Positions 37,679 to 46,741 are shown, counted from the stretch's first letter. The stretch is DNA of 64,000 bases from a virus (IMGVR_UViG_3300027707_000013:6610-70609); one strand, 5' to 3'. Notes: a model not told the origin generated them from the sequence alone. Made by a program: numbers and translations.

Positions 37679-37812
37679 CAAAGTGTTTACAACGGACAAG
37701 GCTTAGGCAAGTGAGTTGAGAATGAGTAGTAGGAGATTTAATCGTTTGGACTACAGAAAGTTTGATACAATAGATTGGTGGGATGCGAGTGGTTGACCAA
37801 AACACTTATTAC

Positions 37813-37898
37813 GGAAGGATGGCAGAGTTGGTCTATCGCGCTTGACTTGAAATCAAGTGTACTGCAAGGTACCGTGGGTTCGAATCCTACTCCTTCCG
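37813..37898 (+). tRNA. trnS: tRNA-Ser(TGA)
   Basis: CTTGA-CTTGAAA-TCAAG; long variable arm. Confidence 0.95.
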
Positions 37899-37930
37899 CA
37901 ATTTTTTACCCATATTGACTATTTATTAGT

Positions 37931-38380
37931 ATGGAAAAAGTAACATTAACAAAAGAGCAACTATTCAAGGTAATGCATTTGAATGAGCAGGAAAATAAGC
38001 CTGAAACTAAAAGTAACTCAGGATTTAAGAATATGGTGTCAACACTATTACATTCTCAAACTCAAGTACATATTTTTCATTTACAGACTAAGTCATATTC
38101 TGAACATAAAGCATTACAAAAGTACTATGAAGGTATTGACGCATTAGTGGACGGTATTATCGAAAGTTATCAAGGTAAGTACGATGTTATTAAAAATTAT
38201 GATTCAGTTAAAACTGAGGACTACAAGAGTTCTGAGCAAGTAATTAATTATTTCAAATCATTAGATACTATGATTGAGAAAGCAAGAAAAGGAGTTAAAG
38301 AATCGTATATTCAAAACCAAATTGATACGGTTCAGGAATTAATATTTTCCACAGTGTATAAGTTAAGATTCTTAAAATAA
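37931..38380 (+). CDS. ferritin/Dps-like protein (DUF5856-like) with head-type propeptide
   Basis: QVHIFHLQTKSYSEHKALQKYYEGI..D.IIESYQG; TATTTAT at 37920. Confidence 0.7.
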   Translation: MEKVTLTKEQLFKVMHLNEQENKPETKSNSGFKNMVSTLLHSQTQVHIFHLQTKSYSEHKALQKYYEGIDALVDGIIESYQGKYDVIKNYDSVKTEDYKSSEQVINYFKSLDTMIEKARKGVKESYIQNQIDTVQELIFSTVYKLRFLK

Positions 38381-38474
38381 TATACTGTTGAAATCTAATA
38401 TTGAATTCCTCTAATTAAAAGTTAGGGGAATTTTTTTTTATGGTATGATTTTAATATATTTGTACCAACAACAA

Positions 38475-38548
38475 TGGAATATAACTCAGTTGGTTAGAGT
38501 GTCATCCTGATACGGTGAAAGTCGATGGTTCGAGTCCATCTATTCCAA
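38475..38548 (+). tRNA. trnI: tRNA-Ile(GAT)
   Basis: TCATC-CTGATAC-GGTGA. Confidence 0.93.
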
Positions 38549-38550
38549 CA

Positions 38551-38886
38551 ATGGAAAATGAAATTAAAAAGAAAACTGGCAATAGAGCCAAGTTTAAGAA
38601 AATTGTAAAAGAGTATAAAGAAGCGACCAATAAAGAGATTTGGGAAGGAGTTAGAGATAATTTTACTTTCGGGTTTATTGGAGCGACTATTGTTGTGTTT
38701 ATAGCGACAAGAGCTGATATTGCGGTATTATTAGGTTATTTAGCTTATTACTTTTTTGTAGGTAAGATAGTTAATCGACCAAAATACGTAACCGATTTGG
38801 GAAAATTAATTGTGTTTCCAGTACCATCAGCATTAGGTGCATTTATAGGATATAAATTATCCTATTACCTTTTACAGTTATTGTAA
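38551..38886 (+). CDS. membrane protein
   Basis: Three hydrophobic segments; start moved out of tRNA-Ile. Confidence 0.6.
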   Translation: MENEIKKKTGNRAKFKKIVKEYKEATNKEIWEGVRDNFTFGFIGATIVVFIATRADIAVLLGYLAYYFFVGKIVNRPKYVTDLGKLIVFPVPSALGAFIGYKLSYYLLQLL

Positions 38887-38892
38887 TGTTTT

Positions 38893-38978
38893 GGAAAGTT
38901 ACCCAAGTTGGTGAAGGGGCTTGTTTGCTAAACAAGTAGGGTGTAAAAGCCGCGAGGGTTCGAGCCCCTCACTTTCCG
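38893..38978 (+). tRNA. trnS: tRNA-Ser(GCT)
   Basis: CTTGT-TTGCTAA-ACAAG; long variable arm. Confidence 0.95.
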
Positions 38979-39066
38979 CAGAAAAAAAATATTTGAAAAG
39001 TTGACATAATCGATTAACCTTCTTATATTTATAATCTATTAATAAATAAAACAAATAAAAAAAAAC

Positions 39067-39252
39067 ATGAAAAAAGTAGTATTAGCAATCTTTACAATCG
39101 TAGCGTTAGCCTCTTGTGGTAACGGAAAATCAACTGAAGTTAAATCTGACTCAACTGTAGTAGCGGTAGATTCAGTTAAAGTAGATTCAGCAGCAGTGGC
39201 TGTAGATTCTGTAAAAGCTGAAGCGCCTGCGTCAGTAGAAGAAAAAAAATAA
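39067..39252 (+). CDS. small lipoprotein with D(S/T)(A/V/T) repeats
   Basis: IVALASC lipobox; own TTGACA-N17-TATATT promoter and terminator. Confidence 0.75.
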   Translation: MKKVVLAIFTIVALASCGNGKSTEVKSDSTVVAVDSVKVDSAAVAVDSVKAEAPASVEEKK

Positions 39253-39297
39253 TTACATTCTATTGGAAAAACAAAACCCACCTATTGGTGGGTTTTT

Positions 39298-41325
39298 TTA
39301 TTTTAATAATCTTTTAATTTTTTCAATGTTTTCGGTAACTTTCTTTCTTCCAAGTGGGTCCTTGATAAAATTTAATATCCATGGGTCTACTTCTCTTTCG
39401 TCAGCAACTCCTCCCCATCTTTTCTGAGTCATTTCTCCTGTTTTCTCATCGTATTTATTTCCGAATACTTTATCAATTGCCTTTGCAGGTAAAGAAGATA
39501 CCATTGATGTGATATTGTCTATAGGTGTTCTATCACTATCAAAGACAGATGACCTACCCGATTGATTTTTCTTATTGTCTTTACCCGATGAACTATCTTT
39601 TTTAGGAGAATCTGTTTTAATACCGCCCGAACCAATCGGTACTGTATTCCATGAACCGTCTAACATTGTAACTTCAACATCAGAATCAGTTTTACCTATA
39701 ACATCTCCAACTGAAATTGATTGACCATCTCTGACCATAGGAGAACTTATACCACAAAATTGTAGGTAGAATTTTTTATTATCCTCATTCTTGATTGTAA
39801 TTTGGTTTGTACATGATGAAGAATATCTTTTGTTAAAAACAACACCTGATATCGGGCTTTTAATTTTTGGATTAGTGTCTTTAGGAATTATAATTCTACC
39901 GTATCTGTTACTAACGTCTCTACCAAAACTTTTTTGTTCTCCAAGTTGGGTATTTTCTGTTTTAAGAAATTTACTTGCAATCGATTTACCCATCTGTACT
40001 AAATAATCGTCTTTAGCGACATTAGGAGCATCAAATACTGAACCTGATTTTGCTGATTGAACCCCTGTTGCAGCATTATATGCCGTTTCACTCGAATTTG
40101 AATCTACTGTAGGAGCAGTTCCTGACTCTCCTGAGTTATTCGATACGTGTAAATGGTTGAAGTGGTTACCACCTGTATTTGTTTGCCACAGGACCGCTTT
40201 ACTATTACCTGACTCAGTGTTTAGTGTATAACCCATAGAAACCAAGGCGTTGGCTAGTTTGGTTCCAAGAGACCTAAACTCCGCATTACCGTTGGACGCA
40301 TTGGTTGCACCTCCTGCACCAACACCATTTAAGATTGCAATATCAACAGCGGTTTGTTGACCATGTCTACTTGTATTACCTGTCTTAGTTTTTATAGAAT
40401 GACCTGTACTTGCAGTGGTAATTGTTGTAGTAATACCCGCAGCTTTTGATGCGGCATCAAGGTCATCTAATAACGGTTTATTAACCGAATCAAATTGAGT
40501 TCCATCACTATCGTATTTAAGATTACTATAACTTGTGTCATTGAGTTGAACCAACTCTAATTCACTTAAGATATTCTTATTGTTAGTTAGAATATCTTCA
40601 TATATTGATAATATCTGTTCATCAACATTTTCTGTTTTAAGAAATTTACTTGCAATTGATTTACCCATTTGTACTAAATAATCGTCTTTATCGACATTAG
40701 GTGCATCAAATACTGAATCTGATTTTGCGGTTACAGCCCCCGAAGTACTTGTAGCAGCATTATACGCTGTTTCACTACTATTTCCTGTCACGGTAGTTCC
40801 TGAAATTGATTGTCCGTTAGCACATTTTAAAGTCCCGTTGTCATTTAAGAATTGTCTTACATTACCTGATTCAACTCCAATATGTAAGTGGTCGTAATCA
40901 CTACCTGGAAAGTCCATAACATAACCCAAAAGTTGACCACACGTAACTTTATCACCTTGTTTTACCGTCACATCTTTCAAGTGAGTATAATACACGTCTG
41001 GAAGACCATCATCACTATCAACAGTAAATCCTGCCCCAAATAAAGTTTTCCCATCTTTTTTTATTGGTGTCGGGCCATAATCAGTATATGTTTTAAGAGT
41101 TCCTCCTATAACTGCATATACAGGTGTACCTATTGTGGCTTTGATATCCCAAGCATTATTACTTTGCCATCCTGATTGACCCCCATGGGCTCCATCCGAA
41201 GGGATTGATACATTACTTCCACCAAATAACTCACTACTTGCGTTAGAAACCTCATTAATTGATTTGGTCTTTAAAATAGACTCATACAATGATAAGATAT
41301 CTAATATTTCTTTTTCTTTGGACAT
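39298..41325 (-). CDS. multidomain peptidoglycan hydrolase (M23, M15-like, degenerate M23)
   Basis: WDIKA..GTPVYA..YTHL..HLHIG; SRHGQQTAVD..HFNHLHVS; duplicated linker. Confidence 0.75.
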   Translation of the reverse strand: MSKEKEILDILSLYESILKTKSINEVSNASSELFGGSNVSIPSDGAHGGQSGWQSNNAWDIKATIGTPVYAVIGGTLKTYTDYGPTPIKKDGKTLFGAGFTVDSDDGLPDVYYTHLKDVTVKQGDKVTCGQLLGYVMDFPGSDYDHLHIGVESGNVRQFLNDNGTLKCANGQSISGTTVTGNSSETAYNAATSTSGAVTAKSDSVFDAPNVDKDDYLVQMGKSIASKFLKTENVDEQILSIYEDILTNNKNILSELELVQLNDTSYSNLKYDSDGTQFDSVNKPLLDDLDAASKAAGITTTITTASTGHSIKTKTGNTSRHGQQTAVDIAILNGVGAGGATNASNGNAEFRSLGTKLANALVSMGYTLNTESGNSKAVLWQTNTGGNHFNHLHVSNNSGESGTAPTVDSNSSETAYNAATGVQSAKSGSVFDAPNVAKDDYLVQMGKSIASKFLKTENTQLGEQKSFGRDVSNRYGRIIIPKDTNPKIKSPISGVVFNKRYSSSCTNQITIKNEDNKKFYLQFCGISSPMVRDGQSISVGDVIGKTDSDVEVTMLDGSWNTVPIGSGGIKTDSPKKDSSSGKDNKKNQSGRSSVFDSDRTPIDNITSMVSSLPAKAIDKVFGNKYDEKTGEMTQKRWGGVADEREVDPWILNFIKDPLGRKKVTENIEKIKRLLK
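39952..40717. repeat. 91-bp direct repeat (39952-40042 and 40627-40717)
   Basis: Four mismatches; encodes SVFDAPNV.KDDYLVQMGKSIASKFLKTEN. Confidence 0.85.
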
Positions 41326-41364
41326 ATTAATAAATACCTAAGTTAAATAAAAAAAGACCAACTA

Positions 41365-41700
41365 TTAGTTGGCCTTCTTTGTATACGTAAGTCTTTTGAT
41401 TTTAACTTGAGTTGGTTCAGGTAATCCTGTTAGTAATGTTGATTCCTCTTCTTTAACTATTTTTGATTTTTTTGTCGGTTTAACCTCAACCAATCCGAAT
41501 TTAATGAAACGGTACCAAACTCTTTCGTGAATATAATATTGAATTGGTTTATATAATAATTCTGCAACACCAAATGCAGCTCCAAATGTTATATTTCCCG
41601 TTGCCCACCACATAATTAAGAATCCAACTGCGGTACTAATTATTCGATAACTAATTGTTTTTGCTAAATGTCGTTTAGCGGATACTTTAATCTGATTCAT
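41365..41700 (-). CDS. DUF2061-like membrane protein
   Basis: RHLAKTISYRIIS..YYIHERVWY. Confidence 0.75.
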   Translation of the reverse strand: MNQIKVSAKRHLAKTISYRIISTAVGFLIMWWATGNITFGAAFGVAELLYKPIQYYIHERVWYRFIKFGLVEVKPTKKSKIVKEEESTLLTGLPEPTQVKIKRLTYTKKAN

Positions 41701-42082
41701 AAGGACTAATGTAAGATGGAATTGTGATATCTTTCAATCCACCATCTCTTTCTAAGTTTATACCAATCGCTCTTGGTAGTTCAGGATTTTCAGGGTCAAT
41801 ATCATTTAAGATTACCCTTGTACCTCTTCCCATCTCCATAATTAATTGGCTATATCTAACACCAAGGGTGTCAAGTTCCTGTTTAGTAAATAGTCTATAA
41901 CTATCAGGACGAGCAGTTGTAATTACAACAACAGAACCATTGTCATGATGATTATTCACGTAATCAATTACGTCTTGAATTGGAGTTAATGTTGACTCGG
42001 CAAGTTCACTGAACTTCCTATACTTAACTAAAGTACCGTCAATATCGACAAATAAAGTTGGGTTTTTAATTACTTTGTTCAT
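41687..42082 (-). CDS. HAD-superfamily phosphatase
   Basis: FVDIDGTL, ITTAR. Confidence 0.75.
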   Translation of the reverse strand: MNKVIKNPTLFVDIDGTLVKYRKFSELAESTLTPIQDVIDYVNNHHDNGSVVVITTARPDSYRLFTKQELDTLGVRYSQLIMEMGRGTRVILNDIDPENPELPRAIGINLERDGGLKDITIPSYISPYESD

Positions 42083-42083
42083 A

Positions 42084-42272
42084 TTAAAATTTCGGTTCTT
42101 TTGGGATTACAACCCAAAGTAAAAGATATGTAAAAATTGATGGTAAAGGGGTAAAAATCCCAATTAAAAAAAGAACACGAAATATTGTTTCGTCAACTCC
42201 AAAATAATCTTCTAACCCCCCACAAACTCCTCCAAGTTTGGATTCTCTTCTTCTTAATAATTGTTTTTTCAT
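42084..42272 (-). CDS. PspC domain protein
   Basis: KLGGVCGGLEDYFGVD..FRVLF..YLLLWVVIP. Confidence 0.85.
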   Translation of the reverse strand: MKKQLLRRRESKLGGVCGGLEDYFGVDETIFRVLFLIGIFTPLPSIFTYLLLWVVIPKEPKF

Positions 42273-42468
42273 AATTTAAAAATAAAAAAAGGTGGTCAGG
42301 GACTATTGGGGTATCCCCTGAGAGTGCACTTCCGTTCGTCGCTGCAGGCAACTACAATAGTTTGACCACCATACGTTAAGGTCTTATGGTTTACCTTGTC
42401 AAGTTCTACCTCGATTCAAATTCACATACACCTAACGCCTTTAACTGTGTTACAAATGTAACAAATTT

Positions 42469-42666
42469 TTACACTTTAACAAAGTGTTTATTGTTTAATT
42501 CTCTAATAGAAATTTGGTTATGTTTCCATTCTTTCCAAACCTCAAAATCTTTCAATTCTTCTAATGTGTCCTCATGAACCAAAACAAACCCTTCAGGAGC
42601 GTTCCCTTCTAATTTTCCAGTAGGTCCTCTTTCTTCTAGTATTCTTTTAATGTCTACTTGTCCCAT
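42469..42666 (-). CDS. hypothetical protein
   Basis: Coupled short ORF. Confidence 0.5.
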   Translation of the reverse strand: MGQVDIKRILEERGPTGKLEGNAPEGFVLVHEDTLEELKDFEVWKEWKHNQISIRELNNKHFVKV

Positions 42667-43256
42667 TACATTAAATACTTGATTACCTTTTCTTTTATCC
42701 CCGATTGTTTGATTCCTTCAGTACTTTTTGGGGTTAAGACAAAATTAGTTAAACCCCAATCCATCTCCATTTCTCCCCAACTTTCGTGAGTCTGTGGGAT
42801 ACCCATGTTTAAATCGTCAATTGCAACCCATTCTGTAACCTCTAAATTGTCTCTAAGGTATTGAAGTATCTCTAAGGACCTTGACTGTTCTAAGTCCCAC
42901 TGACGAGACCATATGAAGTTTTGAGGTACATCACATTCCCCTAATTTTTTTGTAAATCCAATAGGTTTTTTTAAGATTCCTTGAGATAGGTAATATTCAC
43001 CTAATTCTTCTAAGTTTGCGTGAAATCTCCAATCAGAAGATACTACAATCTCAGCACCTGTTTCTTCCAAAATTTCATTTAAAACCTTGATGGCTTTTTG
43101 GTCAAAATCATCAAATCTTACGTTCACAGGTCCATCACTTATTAACTTACTTGATTCAGGATTAGCAGAACGATATTTTGACCATTTCTTAGAACGACCT
43201 CCCCAATTATTTGCCAAACAGATTACTCCGTCATTATCTAAAAATATTACTTTCAT
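42666..43256 (-). CDS. HAD domain protein of the Swiss-Army-Knife RNA-repair type
   Basis: KVIFLDNDGV, IVVSSDWR, WVAIDD; start taken at 43256. Confidence 0.75.
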   Translation of the reverse strand: MKVIFLDNDGVICLANNWGGRSKKWSKYRSANPESSKLISDGPVNVRFDDFDQKAIKVLNEILEETGAEIVVSSDWRFHANLEELGEYYLSQGILKKPIGFTKKLGECDVPQNFIWSRQWDLEQSRSLEILQYLRDNLEVTEWVAIDDLNMGIPQTHESWGEMEMDWGLTNFVLTPKSTEGIKQSGIKEKVIKYLM

Positions 43257-43260
43257 TTTA

Positions 43261-43710
43261 TTATTTTTTATCTTTTTCTTTCTTCCAATTTTCGTAATTG
43301 TATTTATCAAACTCTTCTTTGGTACCGATACCTATTGGTACAAATAAGGCAAATCCATCATCATCTTCGAAATGGTTACATTCATCTTCCATAGGAAAAA
43401 ACTCCCATTTCCAATATTCAAATACGTTACCATTCCATTTTCCAATTCCTGTACATCTGTGGTTTCCAACATAGTATTCACCAACAACTAAATCCTTTTT
43501 AGGGATTGCTCCTGCTTCAATCAATTTAGGTACGTAAAATTCTTCCCATTCTTGTTTGTCTACTTTTGGTAAGGTTGGGATATCGTGTCGATTTTTGAAT
43601 GGTTTTAAAGTCATCCACCACTCTTTCATACGGGCAGCTCTCTCCTCTTTGGTTTCAGTATTTAACTTAACCCAAGTTTTGAAGTCTTCTTTGTTCTTGA
43701 ACTTTTCCAT
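43261..43710 (-). CDS. hypothetical protein
   Basis: 149 aa; TATCTTTG promoter upstream. Confidence 0.55.
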   Translation of the reverse strand: MEKFKNKEDFKTWVKLNTETKEERAARMKEWWMTLKPFKNRHDIPTLPKVDKQEWEEFYVPKLIEAGAIPKKDLVVGEYYVGNHRCTGIGKWNGNVFEYWKWEFFPMEDECNHFEDDDGFALFVPIGIGTKEEFDKYNYENWKKEKDKK

Positions 43711-43783
43711 AAAGCAAAGATAAGATATTTATATGAAAAACAACTGTCTACTGGCATAAAAATTAAATACCGAAATATGGAAG

Positions 43784-44005
43784 ATGGTGGAAAAAATCAA
43801 AACGTGGAGAAGGACTCTTCAAGACAACCTATCGCAGGTATTTTTAATGCTCGCGTTATTCTTCAATCCTTTTGGATTCGATGCCGTGCAGTATTCCCTA
43901 ATATTACTGACAGGAAGTTTATGGAAAGCGAACTTCGTCTTGTATTGTATTGCGGGGCTTTTCTTTGGATTATATATCTACTTTCGCAGATTATCTAAAC
44001 GTTAA
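43784..44005 (+). CDS. small membrane protein
   Basis: Two to three hydrophobic helices and a basic C-terminus. Confidence 0.55.
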   Translation: MVEKIKTWRRTLQDNLSQVFLMLALFFNPFGFDAVQYSLILLTGSLWKANFVLYCIAGLFFGLYIYFRRLSKR

Positions 44006-45492
44006 ATGGATTTAAGTTGACCTTCTTTGAATGCTTCAAAATTAGGTCCTTTAGTTAAGAAATAACCTGTACCTACTTTTCTGTAAGTTAAAATTCCTGC
44101 CATTTTTGCAGACGCAAAGAAAGACGAGAAATACCCTCTCCATTGAGATGATGGTAGATAGTCACCATTTTTAGAATAATATTTTTTACCGTCAACAATT
44201 TTGGATTTAAGTTTTCCTATAGATTCTAAGAAATCTAATTTTGTTCCAATGGTACCCTCATCCAAATAGTCAACCAATTTTTTGATAAGACCTTTGTTCT
44301 TACTAAATGTGTATCCGTAATTGGCTCTATCAGGTCTCCAAACCTTTGAAGTTCCTGCGATTTTTTGTAAAAGTGCTGAATTATTCTGAATATGGTTTAA
44401 TACTCGACTACAAATGTGTCTTCTAATTCCTTCTGCGGTTTCCACAGGATTCTTACCAATATTATATGTTACATCAATTCCCCAATCTTCAAGGCCAAGG
44501 TTTGTTAAATCATCTCCTGTTACTTCATCATCACTCATAAAACCTATACTGGCGGAGAATGAATCACTGTCTTTAGATTTGTATGTTATGAAAACTTCGT
44601 ATCCATCAATTAACTTACCTCCGTCAACAGAATATAATGATATTGACAATTCAGCTTGTGAACGACCGAAACCTAAATCAGATGTATTTTGAAATCCTTT
44701 AATATGTACTGACAAGTCATTACGTGAATTTAAATAATTTGATGTCCCAACAGAAGTTTCTCCAATAGAGTTAAAAATTTGAGCTAAAACTCTATCTGCT
44801 ATTGAAACAGAGTATAATTTATAATCATCTTTAATTGAATCAATCATTTCAGGAAAGGCGTATTCAAAGACATCAATTTCCCTTTGAGTCATTGGAGAAT
44901 CTTGAGAATCCCAGTATTTAATATTTCCACCATCATCAAAATGTATTGCAACTTTTGAGTAGTTTGCATTTGTCGATTTGGCTTTGTTGATTATGAAATA
45001 TAATCCTTGACGACCTGCAGTGTATCTACCAAAATGTCCTGAGTCTTTTGATGTAACACACCACTTTGTATTTGAACCGTATTTACACGAAGCTTGTTCA
45101 GTTTTTGGTTGGATAACTACAAAGTCTCCCTTTTCGTAAATCTTTTTTGCTTGACCTTCTAATTCCTTATCTTTGTTTTTAGTTCTTACAAAATTGACTA
45201 CACTCTCAAGCTCATTAAGAGACATGTATTGATTTATATCTTTTTTAGGAAATTGACCTGAATATTTATTAAAATCTTTTATAAGACCTACAAGGTGTTC
45301 TAATTCATCAGTATCTAATTCACCATCGCCATCCGTATTTTTTAATACAAAATCGGTGTACTTGTGATTGAAATCTTTTAAATCGGAAATATTCAAAATA
45401 AATTCTAAATCTTGTTCATTGAACTTTGTAGAATATTTTTTCTTTAAATCTTCTTTACGACCCTCCTTTAATAAAATACCTATAAATTTCAT
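44002..45492 (-). CDS. hypothetical protein with ASCKYGSNTKWCVT motif
   Basis: Paralogous motif to 3310..4362; LLKE N-terminus and TATTTAT upstream. Confidence 0.65.
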   Translation of the reverse strand: MKFIGILLKEGRKEDLKKKYSTKFNEQDLEFILNISDLKDFNHKYTDFVLKNTDGDGELDTDELEHLVGLIKDFNKYSGQFPKKDINQYMSLNELESVVNFVRTKNKDKELEGQAKKIYEKGDFVVIQPKTEQASCKYGSNTKWCVTSKDSGHFGRYTAGRQGLYFIINKAKSTNANYSKVAIHFDDGGNIKYWDSQDSPMTQREIDVFEYAFPEMIDSIKDDYKLYSVSIADRVLAQIFNSIGETSVGTSNYLNSRNDLSVHIKGFQNTSDLGFGRSQAELSISLYSVDGGKLIDGYEVFITYKSKDSDSFSASIGFMSDDEVTGDDLTNLGLEDWGIDVTYNIGKNPVETAEGIRRHICSRVLNHIQNNSALLQKIAGTSKVWRPDRANYGYTFSKNKGLIKKLVDYLDEGTIGTKLDFLESIGKLKSKIVDGKKYYSKNGDYLPSSQWRGYFSSFFASAKMAGILTYRKVGTGYFLTKGPNFEAFKEGQLKSI

Positions 45493-45507
45493 ATAGATAA
45501 ATACCCA

Positions 45508-45855
45508 TTATTTCCAAAACAATTGAATGGCAACAATGGAAACCGATAAACCAAGACATATACCTGTTTTAAGTGTTATATCTTCTTTAAATAAAAGAGT
45601 TGATAGTAGGGTAAAGACCATAATACCAAGAGCAAATCCAATTAACCTACTCGGCCATATTTGACCTTCAAATGCGTCAACATATAAGTTTACCGCTCTA
45701 ATGTATATGTAACTTATTGGTACACTACACAATAAGATAACCCACAAATACTTTTCATACCAACCGAACTTAATCCCTCCTTGTAATTGCAAAAAAGAAC
45801 CTATCTGACCTAATATCATCAATAGGGTTGCAATTATTAATTTTGTTATATTCAT
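45508..45855 (-). CDS. four-helix membrane protein (SMR/DMT-like size)
   Basis: Four hydrophobic segments. Confidence 0.55.
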   Translation of the reverse strand: MNITKLIIATLLMILGQIGSFLQLQGGIKFGWYEKYLWVILLCSVPISYIYIRAVNLYVDAFEGQIWPSRLIGFALGIMVFTLLSTLLFKEDITLKTGICLGLSVSIVAIQLFWK

Positions 45856-45915
45856 TCTGTAATTATAATAAATTTTTATAATAAAAAAACCCTCACGTTC
45901 AGTGAAGGTTTTAAA

Positions 45916-46299
45916 TTATGTGTTATTTGATAGATACTCACATTCGTATTCTTGGCACGTTTTAGGTCTAATATCATACATAGAACATGCTTTGACCTTT
46001 GTATTGTAAAAAATACATGGAAGTCTTGGGTTATAAAAATCTACTCTAAATGCTGGATATGAATCAGGATTTTGCCAAGTTGATTTATTTGGAAATAAAG
46101 TTTTCCCTTCTTCGTAATCTACAAAAACTTCTCTGTATTCAATTTCTCTTCCTAACTTATCTGATAATTTTGTAACAAATTCTTCGGCATCAGAATGAGG
46201 TCCGATGATAAAATCTCTATCCTCAATCGTACAACAACTCCCATGGTGTCCTGGTATTCCATAACACTTGTTACTACATATATTACAATCTAATCCCAT
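45916..46299 (-). CDS. YkgJ-family cysteine-cluster protein
   Basis: CxxC..CC..CIFY..CSMYDIRPKTCQEYEC. Confidence 0.75.
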   Translation of the reverse strand: MGLDCNICSNKCYGIPGHHGSCCTIEDRDFIIGPHSDAEEFVTKLSDKLGREIEYREVFVDYEEGKTLFPNKSTWQNPDSYPAFRVDFYNPRLPCIFYNTKVKACSMYDIRPKTCQEYECEYLSNNT

Positions 46300-46344
46300 A
46301 TAAAATACTATTAAAAAAAGGGACCACAAATTGGGTCCCTTATT

Positions 46345-46741
46345 TGGTGGAGATGGAGGGATTCGAACCCTCGTCTTGTTTACGAATAACGTAAGTGACT
46401 ACACGTTTATTATAACATTGGTTCTCAATGTTCCAAAATATCAGGTTTGATGTATGTGAGAACCCTACCTGCAAACAACTTGGTCTTAGAGTTATTTTAA
46501 ACGAGCTCTAACCTGTCACCCGTATGTTGGACTTCTGTTCCTGGGTGTATGTCCTAACCGACCCGAGTGTTGTTCCCTATCTTAGATAGTAACAACAGCT
46601 TCTTCTCTAGTTAAACCTAAAGCAGAAAGCTTAGCAAAAGTATTGCCATTTGATTGTTTTAAACCAGTTGATAACGGAGTTAATTCAGCTCCGACGTGCC
46701 ACCTAAGCAATTGCATACCAATCAATTACCGTGTCATCCCC
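46345..46741 (-). ncRNA. ssrA: transfer-messenger RNA
   Basis: GGGGATG/CATCTCC-A-CCA acceptor with G3.U70; T-arm; internal tag ORF at 46647-46582, (A)GNTFAKLSALGLTREEAVVTI*. Confidence 0.9.

Noticed and set aside
4463-46726. ORF-track entries over RNA genes (4463, 30399, 30966, 31054, 31193, 31388, 32718, 35412, 36635, 37253, 46726)
   Set aside because: They are shadows of GC-richer tRNA/tmRNA sequence and have no protein-like features.
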